Notes under the pieces: generated by a model | What the model was told of the DNA's origin: nothing | What the model saw: only the letters and a program-made list of their open reading frames with translations | Databases searched by the model: none | Made by a program: the position numbers and the translations under genes | Origin: a virus | Length of the DNA stretch: 64,000 nt | IMG/VR virus record: IMGVR_UViG_3300032607_000125 | Coordinates: 32,001-96,000 of that record | Reading direction: 5' to 3' (one strand) | Shown: positions 48,368-57,132 of the stretch, piece by piece | Position numbering within the stretch: the first letter of the stretch is position 1 | How the letters are laid out: each line of letters opens with the position of its first letter

Positions 48368-49333
48368 ATGTTTTCTCTCACCGTGTTTAAATCAATCTTT
48401 GATAACAAGACGGATACTCGTATTGACTTTGAAACCTTTGAAAAGTTTGAGAAGTCTTTATATTATCTTTCTACTATTAAAGGTTATAAAGCTAAGCGCG
48501 GTGAGTTTGTAAAGCATGCATCTCCTCTTATTTCACCAGCTGTCTATAAGCCTGATACTACTAGAGCAAATGCAAACGTAATTGAATGGGCAGGCTGGGC
48601 CGCCCTTGATGTTGATAGTCACACCTTTGAAGGAGACCTTGAAAATGCATTGGCTAATTTATATCCTGACATTTATTTCGTTTGTTATTCTACTGCTAGC
48701 AGTACTCGCTTGGCACCTAAGTTCCGTCTCGTTTTTCCACTTGCGAGATCTATTAGGAGTGAGGAAATCAAACACTTCTGGTTTGCACTCAATACAGAAT
48801 TTGGCATGGTGGGAGATACACAGACTAAAGATCTATCTAGAATGTATTACGTCCCTGCGATATATCCTAATGCTCATAATTTTATCTTCAGTCATCGCAC
48901 TGATAAGTTTCTTGATGTTGATGCTCTTTTAAGCAAACACCCGTTTACTGCTCCAAGTACATCTAGTTCTTTTATGGATAGACTACCCGAGAGTATGCAA
49001 AAAGAAATAATTAAGCATCGTCAACAAAAACTATCAGAAGATAAAAAAGAATTTGAATGGACATCTTACAACGATTGCCCATTTTTAAGTAAGCATCTAA
49101 TTAGTGATTATAAAAGTATTTCTAGAGTAGATGGCTCAGGTCGATATTCTATGATCTATAAGATAATGACTAGCATTGCATGTAATGCTATTAAACGTAA
49201 ATACCCCATCACTGAATATGAAATTGTTGATATCGTTCGTAATCTGGATCGTGACACTAGCAATCGCTATGCTAAGCGCCCTCTTAATGTTGAAGCTTCC
49301 AGGGCTATCGAATTTGCATATAGAAACGTTTAG
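48368..49333 (+). CDS. Archaeo-eukaryotic primase (AEP/PrimPol)-like protein
   Basis: W.ALDVD (DxD), YST.SS...PKFRLVFPL.R, D.Q.KD.SR.YY.P; helical C-terminal domain. Confidence 0.7.
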   Translation: MFSLTVFKSIFDNKTDTRIDFETFEKFEKSLYYLSTIKGYKAKRGEFVKHASPLISPAVYKPDTTRANANVIEWAGWAALDVDSHTFEGDLENALANLYPDIYFVCYSTASSTRLAPKFRLVFPLARSIRSEEIKHFWFALNTEFGMVGDTQTKDLSRMYYVPAIYPNAHNFIFSHRTDKFLDVDALLSKHPFTAPSTSSSFMDRLPESMQKEIIKHRQQKLSEDKKEFEWTSYNDCPFLSKHLISDYKSISRVDGSGRYSMIYKIMTSIACNAIKRKYPITEYEIVDIVRNLDRDTSNRYAKRPLNVEASRAIEFAYRNV

Positions 49334-49336
49334 TTG

Positions 49337-49365
49337 TTTACTTTAATTCGTTCTTATGGTATAAT
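49337..49365 (+). promoter_or_regulatory. Early sigma70-type promoter
   Basis: TTTACT-17 nt-TATAAT; AGGAG RBS before 49392. Confidence 0.75.
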
Positions 49366-49391
49366 AAAATTATACTTAATAGGAGTACTAT

Positions 49392-49610
49392 ATGAATGAT
49401 CGCGATTATAACAATCTGCAATTCTTGCTCACATCGAGTGAAGATGTCATCGCAGATTGGTTTTTAAAAACCAGTGTAGATGATATTGAATATGCTATGC
49501 AAATTATGCTTATGGCAGGTGAAGAGATGAGAGCTATCTCTTCTGAAATTCACGACGAAAATGAAACTTTTGAAGAAGCTAACGCAGTATTATCAAGATT
49601 CCGTCTATGA
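49392..49610 (+). CDS. Small acidic hypothetical protein
   Basis: 72 aa; RBS; coupled to the next gene. Confidence 0.7.
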   Translation: MNDRDYNNLQFLLTSSEDVIADWFLKTSVDDIEYAMQIMLMAGEEMRAISSEIHDENETFEEANAVLSRFRL

Positions 49611-50041
49611 CTAATCAAGAAACGCTTGGCACTATAGGTGAGATCTATTATCAAGCTATCTTTGGCGGTCTTCTTTCCGAATACAAGTATGATGGCAATA
49701 AAGACCTCGTGCAAGTAGATGGGCTTCAAGTCGAAATAAAAACACAGAGCCGCTTACGTGGTTCTAATGCGTTCACTGTTAATAAAGCAAATGCGAACAA
49801 CTTAAAGAAATGTTTGTATGTTGATAGATTAATTTTTATAGAATATAGCCTTAGTGATATAATAATTATATACGAATGCACTGATCGTAGAAGTGTATTT
49901 GGCACCCTTACAGCTGATGGCCGAAACATGGCATGCTGGCCTATCAATCAAATGCAAGTTCTTAAAAAAGTAAAACACCCAAAACTCGCAGAAATCATGC
50001 GCAACTTCTCTAACTCTGAAACTCTAGGACATTTTGAATGA
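49607..50041 (+). CDS. Putative PD-(D/E)xK nuclease
   Basis: G.IGE.....D..KD.....VEIKTQ motif arrangement. Confidence 0.55.
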   Translation: MTNQETLGTIGEIYYQAIFGGLLSEYKYDGNKDLVQVDGLQVEIKTQSRLRGSNAFTVNKANANNLKKCLYVDRLIFIEYSLSDIIIIYECTDRRSVFGTLTADGRNMACWPINQMQVLKKVKHPKLAEIMRNFSNSETLGHFE

Positions 50042-50511
50042 AAGAAAATCAATACTCACGCGAATCAGCAAACATTCTCCTTGAAGCTGCAAAACTTCAA
50101 GAATCGAAAGGCCGTGATTATAACAACGCAGTATCCAGCGTCCAGCAAGCAGATTACTATCCACGTGGCGTGTATTCTATTCTAGACATTGTGAATGCAA
50201 AATATCTTCGTATGGTTTCAGTTCTCGAGACTATGGAACACGGTGGTAAAGTTAATTTTGAATCCGTTGAAGATTCCGCGATTGATCTTATTAACTATGC
50301 ATCATTTGTAGTTGCATATATTCGTGGTGAAGTTCCAGGCCAATTGACTAACAAAGATATCTTCAATAAAACCATGAGTAAAGAAACTCATCCAACTAAT
50401 TCACTGACTCCAAACAAGTTTAAAGCAACGCGCTTAGAATCAACTCCTATTGACGTTGATTGGGCTAATGCAAAAACTGGAACAGTTCGTGCTCAATTTA
50501 ACGATCGTTGA
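50038..50511 (+). CDS. Nucleotide-modification-associated all-alpha protein (Nmad1/DUF1599-like)
   Basis: A...Q..KG.DY....R...E...DS..DLINYA motif. Confidence 0.65.
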   Translation: MKENQYSRESANILLEAAKLQESKGRDYNNAVSSVQQADYYPRGVYSILDIVNAKYLRMVSVLETMEHGGKVNFESVEDSAIDLINYASFVVAYIRGEVPGQLTNKDIFNKTMSKETHPTNSLTPNKFKATRLESTPIDVDWANAKTGTVRAQFNDR

Positions 50512-50512
50512 T

Positions 50513-51232
50513 ATGAATACTGTACATGATATTCGACAAAAGCTTGCCACGCTTTACAAAAAAGGCGAGTTTGTAACTGATAAGTCTGGTGTAAAAACTG
50601 TTGAGATTATGAATGCAAACTTCATGGCCACATCACCTCTTATCTTTGGCGCTGTCAATGAAGACTATGTTCAGCGTGAACTAGCATGGTATAACTCTGA
50701 ATCATTGAATGTTAATGATATTCCCGGTGGACCTCCAGCAATCTGGAAACAGGTCGGCGATAAAGACGGGTTTATTAATAGTAACTATGGTTGGTGCGTC
50801 TATTCCGCTGATAACAACTATCAGTTTGATCACGTTGTAACTGAACTTGAAGAACGCCCTGATTCCCGTCGTGCCATTATGATCTACACTCGTCCTACGA
50901 TGTGGGGTGATCATAATAAGAATGGTCGTTCAGACTTCATGTGTACCAACACAGTTCAATACATGGTGCGTGATAATAACGTACATGCTATTGTTAACAT
51001 GCGTTCCAATGATGCATGGGCTGGATATCGCAATGACTACGCATGGCAAATGCATACATTGATTGCTGTAGCAAAATCGCTTAACTCTCGTGGTAAAGAT
51101 TATTTGCTTGGTGATATTTACTGGAGCGCTGGGTCACTTCACATTTATGAACGTCAGTTCTATTTGATTGACAACTATATCAAAACTGGTGACTTATCTA
51201 TCTCTAAAGAAGAATATGACAAATTGGTCTAA
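50513..51232 (+). CDS. gp42: dCMP hydroxymethylase-like thymidylate-synthase homologue (gp42-like); ATG 50513 preferred
   Basis: DSRRA, catalytic DFMCT, MRSNDAWAGYRNDYAWQ with Asp at the Asn177-equivalent (D169+8) position, GSLHIYE. Confidence 0.8.
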   Translation: MNTVHDIRQKLATLYKKGEFVTDKSGVKTVEIMNANFMATSPLIFGAVNEDYVQRELAWYNSESLNVNDIPGGPPAIWKQVGDKDGFINSNYGWCVYSADNNYQFDHVVTELEERPDSRRAIMIYTRPTMWGDHNKNGRSDFMCTNTVQYMVRDNNVHAIVNMRSNDAWAGYRNDYAWQMHTLIAVAKSLNSRGKDYLLGDIYWSAGSLHIYERQFYLIDNYIKTGDLSISKEEYDKLV

Positions 51233-51659
51233 ACGATATCTCAGCTTAGCAAAAGAAGTTTCTACTTGGAGTAAAGATCCTAGTAGAAAAATTGGTGCTA
51301 TCGCTGTAGGATCTAAAGGTCAGATTTTATCTCAAGGCTATAATGGATTCCCTCGTGGAATTGATGATACTCTTGAAAGATATAATGACCGTGAAACAAA
51401 GTATAAATACGTCGTCCACGCAGAAATGAATGTAATTTATAATGCAACGTTTAATGGGGTATCCTTAGACGGAGCTTCATTGTACGTGTATGGGCTTCCA
51501 GTTTGCTCCGAGTGTGCTAAAGGTATTATCCAAGTTGGTATAAAGAACGTCATCATCTTCACTGATGACGTGGTTCCAGAAATTTGGACTAAAATGTATA
51601 ATTTGTCGTGGAGTATGTTTATAGAAAGTGGCGTTCAATGTGAATGGATTCATGACTAA
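51216..51659 (+). CDS. cd: dCMP deaminase (ATG 51216 preferred)
   Basis: SKDPS.KIGA, GYNG.PRG, HAE.N, PVCSECAK zinc motifs. Confidence 0.92.
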   Translation: MTNWSKRYLSLAKEVSTWSKDPSRKIGAIAVGSKGQILSQGYNGFPRGIDDTLERYNDRETKYKYVVHAEMNVIYNATFNGVSLDGASLYVYGLPVCSECAKGIIQVGIKNVIIFTDDVVPEIWTKMYNLSWSMFIESGVQCEWIHD

Positions 51660-51789
51660 CGAAGAAGTTTTAAAATTTTATGATGAATTGGTTGAACACT
51701 ATGGCGATGAACTAGTTGACTTTGAACACTGCCCAATTACATTCGCTCATCAAATTAAATTATACAAATATTATAAGGTGACTACATGA
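51652..51789 (+). CDS. Small hypothetical protein (45 aa); not in ORF track
   Basis: MTNEEVLKFYDELVEHYGDELVDFEHCPITFAHQIKLYKYYKVTT; overlaps both neighbours. Confidence 0.6.
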   Translation: MTNEEVLKFYDELVEHYGDELVDFEHCPITFAHQIKLYKYYKVTT

Positions 51790-52991
51790 AAATAGCAATC
51801 ATCATGGGCCGTGGCATTGAAGGCTGTGGCGTAACTAAATTTACCGTTGAGCAAACTAAATGGTTTGCAAAGAATGGTCATGAATTTACTGTGTTCTCTT
51901 CTAAAGATAAGTCATGGACTCGTAAGAACGCGCATGATGTGTCAAACGTTGTTCAACTTAAATTTGCAAAACCAGAAGAAACTGATAAACTCATTGCGGG
52001 TTGTAATGCCGCCGATGTTGTTATTATCAATAGTCTACCATCGATAGGTCATTCTGAAGACTGTATCACTCAATTTAAACGAGCATTAAATGAAATCACT
52101 AAACCAATTGTTCTTATTCAACATGACCATTCTGCGCTATCAATTCGTCGTAATGCTGCAATCAATGAGTCTATTGGAAAAGCTAGTGTGCTCTTTGGCC
52201 ATAGTTCTACTAATGATTTCGCTCGTATCGTTGAGTCTTCAACTGGTGGCGGTGGTTTAGCAGGGTTTTTCGGTGAAGATAATTCTAAGAGTATTCTAAA
52301 CTTTCAACCAGGCATGGACTTTGATTCTGTTCGTGCTAAGTATTGGTTGCCCATCGAACAGACTAATCCTATAATGAATAAATGGGTTGGACGTACTACT
52401 TCTTGGAAAGGTTACGTTCAGATGTTTAAATTCCACAATGAATTTTTACGTCCAGGTGGATATATCACAACCTTTGAAGGTATTGAAAAGTCACCAGCAT
52501 ACTTAGCATTCCGTGAGTTGTCTGAATTTAATCCTCATATCAATGATAAAATTACAGATATTGCATTAAAGACTAATGAACCTGCATATGTATTTGGACC
52601 ATACATTAATCATGAAATGCTTCAACGTATGGCACTATGCGGATTTGGTTATCAACTATCTGCATTGGATGGACGATACATTGAACGATCAATTGAGTAT
52701 ACTCATTGTGAGGTTGCGTGTACTGGCGTAGTTCCTGTATTTCGTAAGGCTTATGGCGAACGTTGTACTCATCGATCACTTGGCGATAAACTAATTAATT
52801 GCAAAGACACCGGTACAATTTGGCTTGATGATAATAACATGCAGCCTGCGTATGAACTACTAAATAAGTTGGCCAAGGATGATATCATGAGAAACGAATA
52901 TCGTGAAATGGCATTTGAATTTTATAAACAACATCAAGATTCTCAACATACCTTTGATGAGATGATGGTACAAATCGAAAATAACTTATGA
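51786..52991 (+). CDS. agt: DNA alpha-glucosyltransferase (T4 AGT-like)
   Basis: M.RGIEGCGVTKF..EQ..WF.KNGHE, QHDHS.LS.RRN, NFQP.MD...VR..YW, W.GRTT.WKG, EYTH.E...G..PVF, HQDS: recalled to match T4 AGT along its length. Confidence 0.88.
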   Translation: MKIAIIMGRGIEGCGVTKFTVEQTKWFAKNGHEFTVFSSKDKSWTRKNAHDVSNVVQLKFAKPEETDKLIAGCNAADVVIINSLPSIGHSEDCITQFKRALNEITKPIVLIQHDHSALSIRRNAAINESIGKASVLFGHSSTNDFARIVESSTGGGGLAGFFGEDNSKSILNFQPGMDFDSVRAKYWLPIEQTNPIMNKWVGRTTSWKGYVQMFKFHNEFLRPGGYITTFEGIEKSPAYLAFRELSEFNPHINDKITDIALKTNEPAYVFGPYINHEMLQRMALCGFGYQLSALDGRYIERSIEYTHCEVACTGVVPVFRKAYGERCTHRSLGDKLINCKDTGTIWLDDNNMQPAYELLNKLAKDDIMRNEYREMAFEFYKQHQDSQHTFDEMMVQIENNL

Positions 52992-54175
52992 CCTTTAAAC
53001 ATGCAAGTATAGTTCCACTAATTGGTGGCGAAACACTTGGTCAAATGGCAGCATTTGGAACTAAACCAGATTACCTACTTTCATATTCACCATTTAGTAG
53101 TAACGATTCACATCTTGTTAATCACTTAAAGGATGTTCCATATATCTTACTTGATCAGGGTGGAACTCATCCTCATTACGTAGATGTTGTTAATGCAGTT
53201 TGTCCATGCGCAGGATTATCTTCATTGTCTCCATCTGCAAATTCTGACTCAGCCGTTAACGATTGGTTGACAACTACTGCTAAGTATGTACTAGAAGAAA
53301 TGAAACCAAAAGTTTTGTGGGGTGAAAATGCACCACGATTTGCCGGTGCAATGGGTAAACCAATCGTAGATAAACTTCATAAGCTTGCAAGCGACAATGG
53401 TTATACAATGTCAATCTATCGTACTAAGTCACTATTGCACGGCCTTAGTCAAGTTCGTGAACGTTCATTCTATTTCTTTTGGCAAGGTACAACCATTCCA
53501 ATCTTTAATTACTTTGATCGCCCAAATAAAAAGATTGAAGATCTTCTAACTGAAGTGCCAAAAGACGCTACTCAGAACGAAGTTACAAATAAAAGAATCC
53601 CATCAAAAGATGATCCTTATTATCGTTATGTGCTAGAAGAACTTGAAGGCGGTATCACCCACGCAGAGTTTGCTTCTAAGATCAATCTGTCATATGACAT
53701 TCTTAATTACATTGAATCTAAGACTAACTATCTAGAGGTTAAGAAGTGGGCTGAAAAACAAGGTCTCACTAAAATGGCAGCTAAGTGCCAGGTGATGCAT
53801 GACAAACTCGCCGCTGGTGGTAACATCATGAGACGTTCTTCTTATGTTCCAAAGAACTATAGCGGTGCATTCGTTGGACACCTTCCCATGAGTATGACTC
53901 ATCCTGTAGAAGATAGGTATCTAACATATCGTGAATGTATGGCAATGATGGGATTGCCAAATGACTTTGAATTGTTAAGTCCTGCTAAGAATCTAAACCA
54001 CATTTGTCAGAACGTACCAGTTGGAACTGCTACTGATATGGCTATGGAAGTTAAAGCATCGTTGGAGGGTAAGCGTGATAGAGTGAATGCTTCATTGCTT
54101 TATCAGTTTAACAACAATAAGACATATGAGATTCGAGACACTGAACCTATACAAAGTCTAGAAGAATTCTTCTAA
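52988..54175 (+). CDS. Divergent C5-cytosine DNA methyltransferase-like protein
   Basis: Motif IV CPCAGLS, motif VI GENAP, motif VIII Q.R.R.F, motifs IX-X LT.REC...MGLP.DF and QNVP; atypical motif I (PLIGG). Confidence 0.75.
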   Translation: MTFKHASIVPLIGGETLGQMAAFGTKPDYLLSYSPFSSNDSHLVNHLKDVPYILLDQGGTHPHYVDVVNAVCPCAGLSSLSPSANSDSAVNDWLTTTAKYVLEEMKPKVLWGENAPRFAGAMGKPIVDKLHKLASDNGYTMSIYRTKSLLHGLSQVRERSFYFFWQGTTIPIFNYFDRPNKKIEDLLTEVPKDATQNEVTNKRIPSKDDPYYRYVLEELEGGITHAEFASKINLSYDILNYIESKTNYLEVKKWAEKQGLTKMAAKCQVMHDKLAAGGNIMRRSSYVPKNYSGAFVGHLPMSMTHPVEDRYLTYRECMAMMGLPNDFELLSPAKNLNHICQNVPVGTATDMAMEVKASLEGKRDRVNASLLYQFNNNKTYEIRDTEPIQSLEEFF

Positions 54176-54177
54176 TA

Positions 54178-54196
54178 AAATGCCCTTCGGGCATTT
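54178..54196 (+). terminator. Hairpin terminator (possibly bidirectional)
   Basis: AAATGCCC-TTC-GGGCATTT. Confidence 0.7.
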
Positions 54197-54205
54197 GTAG
54201 TTTAT

Positions 54206-54213
54206 AATAAATA
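54206..54213 (+). promoter_or_regulatory. Probable late promoter variant AATAAATA
   Basis: Directly after the terminator, upstream of ATG 54243. Confidence 0.5.
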
Positions 54214-54242
54214 GAATTAGAAACTTTATAAATGGAATAATC

Positions 54243-55154
54243 ATGACGGCGAATACGATACTATCAGACATTAACGAACTATATACTGGATATGTGTTGA
54301 ATGGCAACAAATGGTATGACAGTGAAGCTCAACGCCAATATAATATTCGTGTAGGTCAAGCGCAACCAGATGAAGTTGCAGATGCAATTGGTAAAGCTAA
54401 AGTCATGGCCGAAGAGTTTTTAAAATGGGCTAAAGCTAATAAGTATTCTAACAATGTAAAAGGTGTATGGTGGACAGCTAGACCGGGATCTATGAGTTCT
54501 GCATTTGGTTCGCCAGTTGATCAAAAAAAGAATCCAACAGATATTTTAGTGCAGTTTACTTCTGGTCCAATTAATGGATTTTTAGGATTATCCGCAAAAG
54601 CTACTAAAGGCAGTGGCGATATTGGATTTAAGAATCCAGGTCTTGGCACAGTAGATAGAAATCTAGGACTTAAATTAGCAGATGAATACGCTAATCAGAG
54701 CAAACAAACTATTGTTAAATTTGCTTTGCCAGAAGCGGCACAGGCTCGTAAAGAATATATTCGTAAGAATCCTGGTATTAAAAAACACACAGAAGCGATT
54801 GGTTCTAGTATATTATCTGCAATGAGAGATGAGATGTTAGTAAGATTAAATAAGTTTAATCAAAAAGATCTTATGAAGTATCTATTGACTGATTGGATGG
54901 ATGCTGATATAGTATCTCCTCCATATGTTAAAGTTACTGGTCAAGGCAATAAGCAACCATATAAAGCAGTAGTAATGGATCCAACAGATAATGAGAAACT
55001 TAATGCATTATCTAAATATACAATTACATTAGAAAAAGTAGGTAATGAATCTATTGGTGTTAAAGCTGGCGCTAAAAAGATAATGAAGATTCGATTTAAA
55101 TTTGAATCCGAAAAGATGGCTTCTTCTGTTAAATTGTCTGGTGATCCTTGGTGA
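54243..55154 (+). CDS. Hypothetical protein, possible restriction-like nuclease fold
   Basis: NE.Y.G near the N-term, NPTDIL...GLSAK (PD...SxK variant), FKN.G. Confidence 0.55.
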   Translation: MTANTILSDINELYTGYVLNGNKWYDSEAQRQYNIRVGQAQPDEVADAIGKAKVMAEEFLKWAKANKYSNNVKGVWWTARPGSMSSAFGSPVDQKKNPTDILVQFTSGPINGFLGLSAKATKGSGDIGFKNPGLGTVDRNLGLKLADEYANQSKQTIVKFALPEAAQARKEYIRKNPGIKKHTEAIGSSILSAMRDEMLVRLNKFNQKDLMKYLLTDWMDADIVSPPYVKVTGQGNKQPYKAVVMDPTDNEKLNALSKYTITLEKVGNESIGVKAGAKKIMKIRFKFESEKMASSVKLSGDPW

Positions 55155-55160
55155 AAGCCC

Positions 55161-55189
55161 TGTACAATAAATCTAATGTGTGGTATAAT
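55161..55189 (+). promoter_or_regulatory. Early sigma70-type promoter
   Basis: TGTACA-17 nt-TATAAT. Confidence 0.8.
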
Positions 55190-55206
55190 ACTACTATAAA
55201 GACAAA

Positions 55207-56436
55207 ATGCTAAATCTAAAAGACTACCTTAAAGAAGAAAAGAATACGCACATGGAACACATTGAAGATTTGGTCTTCAATGAGGGCGTTACCGGTACTC
55301 GTAAAGCTATTAACTTTTTGCAAGACTTGCGTAATATGCTTGCTGGCAATAGTAAAAGTAAAGTCACTGCGACAGTTAAATGGGATGGCGCACCTGCAAT
55401 CTTTGTTGGTGTAGATCCAACGGATGGAAAATTCTTTGTAGCAAAGAAGGGTATCTTCAATAAGAATCCAAAAGTCTACAAGACAAACACAGAGATTGAT
55501 GCTGATCTATCCGGCGAACTTGCTGCAAAGTTTAAAGTTGCTCTTAAAGAATTTGCAAAACTTGGTATTAAATCCGGTGTTTATCAAGGTGACTTAATGT
55601 TCACTGATGATAAAAAGACTGAAACGATTGATGGCGAGAAGTATATCACTTTCCATCCAAACACCATTATGTATGCAGTTCCATATGATTCGATTCTTGG
55701 CAAGAAGATTCGTTCTGCAAAGATCGGCGTGATTTGGCATACCACATATGTTGGCGATTCATTTGAATCAATGTCTGCTTCATTTGGTAAGACTATTGTT
55801 GACAAGCTTAACGCTATTTCAAGTGTTTGGATGGATGACGCTAACTATAAAGACTATTCTGGTACTGCAACATTTACTGCTGCAGAAACTAAAGAAGTTA
55901 CTACAATCTTATCACGTGCTGGCACTTTGTTTAATTCTATTAGCGCTCCAACGTTGAATGCTATTAGCAATGATGAAGACTTGCTAATGGTTGTTAAAAC
56001 ATTTGGCAACTCTAAGATTCGTAAAGGTGAAGTGATTACCAACACTAAAGCTCATGTACAAGAACTCTACCATTGGATTCACGATAGATACGAAAAAGAA
56101 ATAGAAAAGAAAAAGACTTTGGCTGGAAAGAAAACACAAGAACAGATGCGTAAGAAAATCCTAAGTTTCTTTGCTCATCATGATCAGAATCAAATTGTCG
56201 CAATCTTTGATTTGGTTAATTTACTAGTTGAAGCAAAATCAATGATCATTGGTAAGATGAATCAGGCTGGCCACGTTAGCACATTTCTTAAGACTGCTAA
56301 TGGTTTTAAAACAACCGGCGTTGAAGGATTTGTTGCAATAGATCACCTCACTGGCGGTGCTGTAAAGATTGTAGATCGTATGGAATTCAGCAATGCTAAT
56401 TTTTCTGCTAACATTATTAAAGGATGGACAAAATGA
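55207..56436 (+). CDS. Conserved T4-like protein with ligase-like KxDG motif (DUF6267-like)
   Basis: H.EH.ED, TVKWDGAPAIF.G.DP.DGKFFV.KK, QGD.MF, FHPNTI.Y, EGFVA, K.VDR.EFS.ANF. Confidence 0.7.
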   Translation: MLNLKDYLKEEKNTHMEHIEDLVFNEGVTGTRKAINFLQDLRNMLAGNSKSKVTATVKWDGAPAIFVGVDPTDGKFFVAKKGIFNKNPKVYKTNTEIDADLSGELAAKFKVALKEFAKLGIKSGVYQGDLMFTDDKKTETIDGEKYITFHPNTIMYAVPYDSILGKKIRSAKIGVIWHTTYVGDSFESMSASFGKTIVDKLNAISSVWMDDANYKDYSGTATFTAAETKEVTTILSRAGTLFNSISAPTLNAISNDEDLLMVVKTFGNSKIRKGEVITNTKAHVQELYHWIHDRYEKEIEKKKTLAGKKTQEQMRKKILSFFAHHDQNQIVAIFDLVNLLVEAKSMIIGKMNQAGHVSTFLKTANGFKTTGVEGFVAIDHLTGGAVKIVDRMEFSNANFSANIIKGWTK

Positions 56437-56957
56437 TAGATTTTAAAACATACTTAGAAGAAAAGCGCGGGCTTTGGGATAACATCCACGCTAAGCGTAA
56501 ACGAATTGAAGCCGGTTCAGGCGAACGTATGCGTAAACCTGGCAGCAAAGGCGCTCCATCTGAAGCTGATCTAAAAGCAGCAAATGAACAGTTCGATCTT
56601 ATTGAAGAAGTAGTAGAACAACTTGCCGAAGAACAAGGTATTGATTCAGAAACTATCTGGGAAACTCTCGAGTCAGTCGATGATAATGAATTGTATGAAT
56701 ATGCTATTGACGCAAAAGGCCATAAGAGTTCTACTGGCGGCCTAACGCAAAAAGGTGTTGATGCGTACAATGCAAAGACTGGTGGTAACCTTAAGACTGC
56801 CGTAACAACTCCACCTTCTAAATTGAAGCCTGGTTCAAAAGCTGCTAATCGCCGTAAGTCTTTCTGTGCTAGAATGGGCGGAGTTGAAGGTCCAATGAAA
56901 GACGATAAAGGTCGTCCAACTCGTAAAGCATTGGCACTCAAGAAGTGGAACTGCTAA
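56433..56957 (+). CDS. Basic probable internal head protein (ATG 56433 preferred)
   Basis: MIDFKTYLEE N-term; GLWDNIHAKRKRI...RMRKPGSKGAP; RRKSFCARM.G...ALKKWNC. Confidence 0.7.
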   Translation: MIDFKTYLEEKRGLWDNIHAKRKRIEAGSGERMRKPGSKGAPSEADLKAANEQFDLIEEVVEQLAEEQGIDSETIWETLESVDDNELYEYAIDAKGHKSSTGGLTQKGVDAYNAKTGGNLKTAVTTPPSKLKPGSKAANRRKSFCARMGGVEGPMKDDKGRPTRKALALKKWNC

Positions 56958-57103
56958 TGATTACGTTTAAAGATTGGTTAAAAGAAGAGAATACTCAAGG
57001 TGATGAGGGAACTGATAAGCTTACCAAGCATCGCAAGAAGCTTACGCCGGGCGAATTACCAATTACCGCAGAACCTCTTAAGAATTTTGAAATGTATAAA
57101 TAA
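56957..57103 (+). CDS. Small probable internal head peptide (48 aa); not in ORF track
   Basis: MITFKDWLKEENTQGDEGTDKLTKHRKKLTPGELP...; start overlaps the upstream stop. Confidence 0.6.
   Translation: MITFKDWLKEENTQGDEGTDKLTKHRKKLTPGELPITAEPLKNFEMYK
57095..57102 (+). promoter_or_regulatory. T4-type late promoter
   Basis: Exact TATAAATA about 30 nt before ATG 57133. Confidence 0.75.
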
Positions 57104-57132
57104 GAGTATAACAATTGTATTGATGGAACAAA

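Noticed and set aside
50513-51232. Ordinary thymidylate synthase (td)
   Set aside because: It has Asp rather than Asn at the specificity position, a DFMCT active site, and an adjacent glucosyltransferase.
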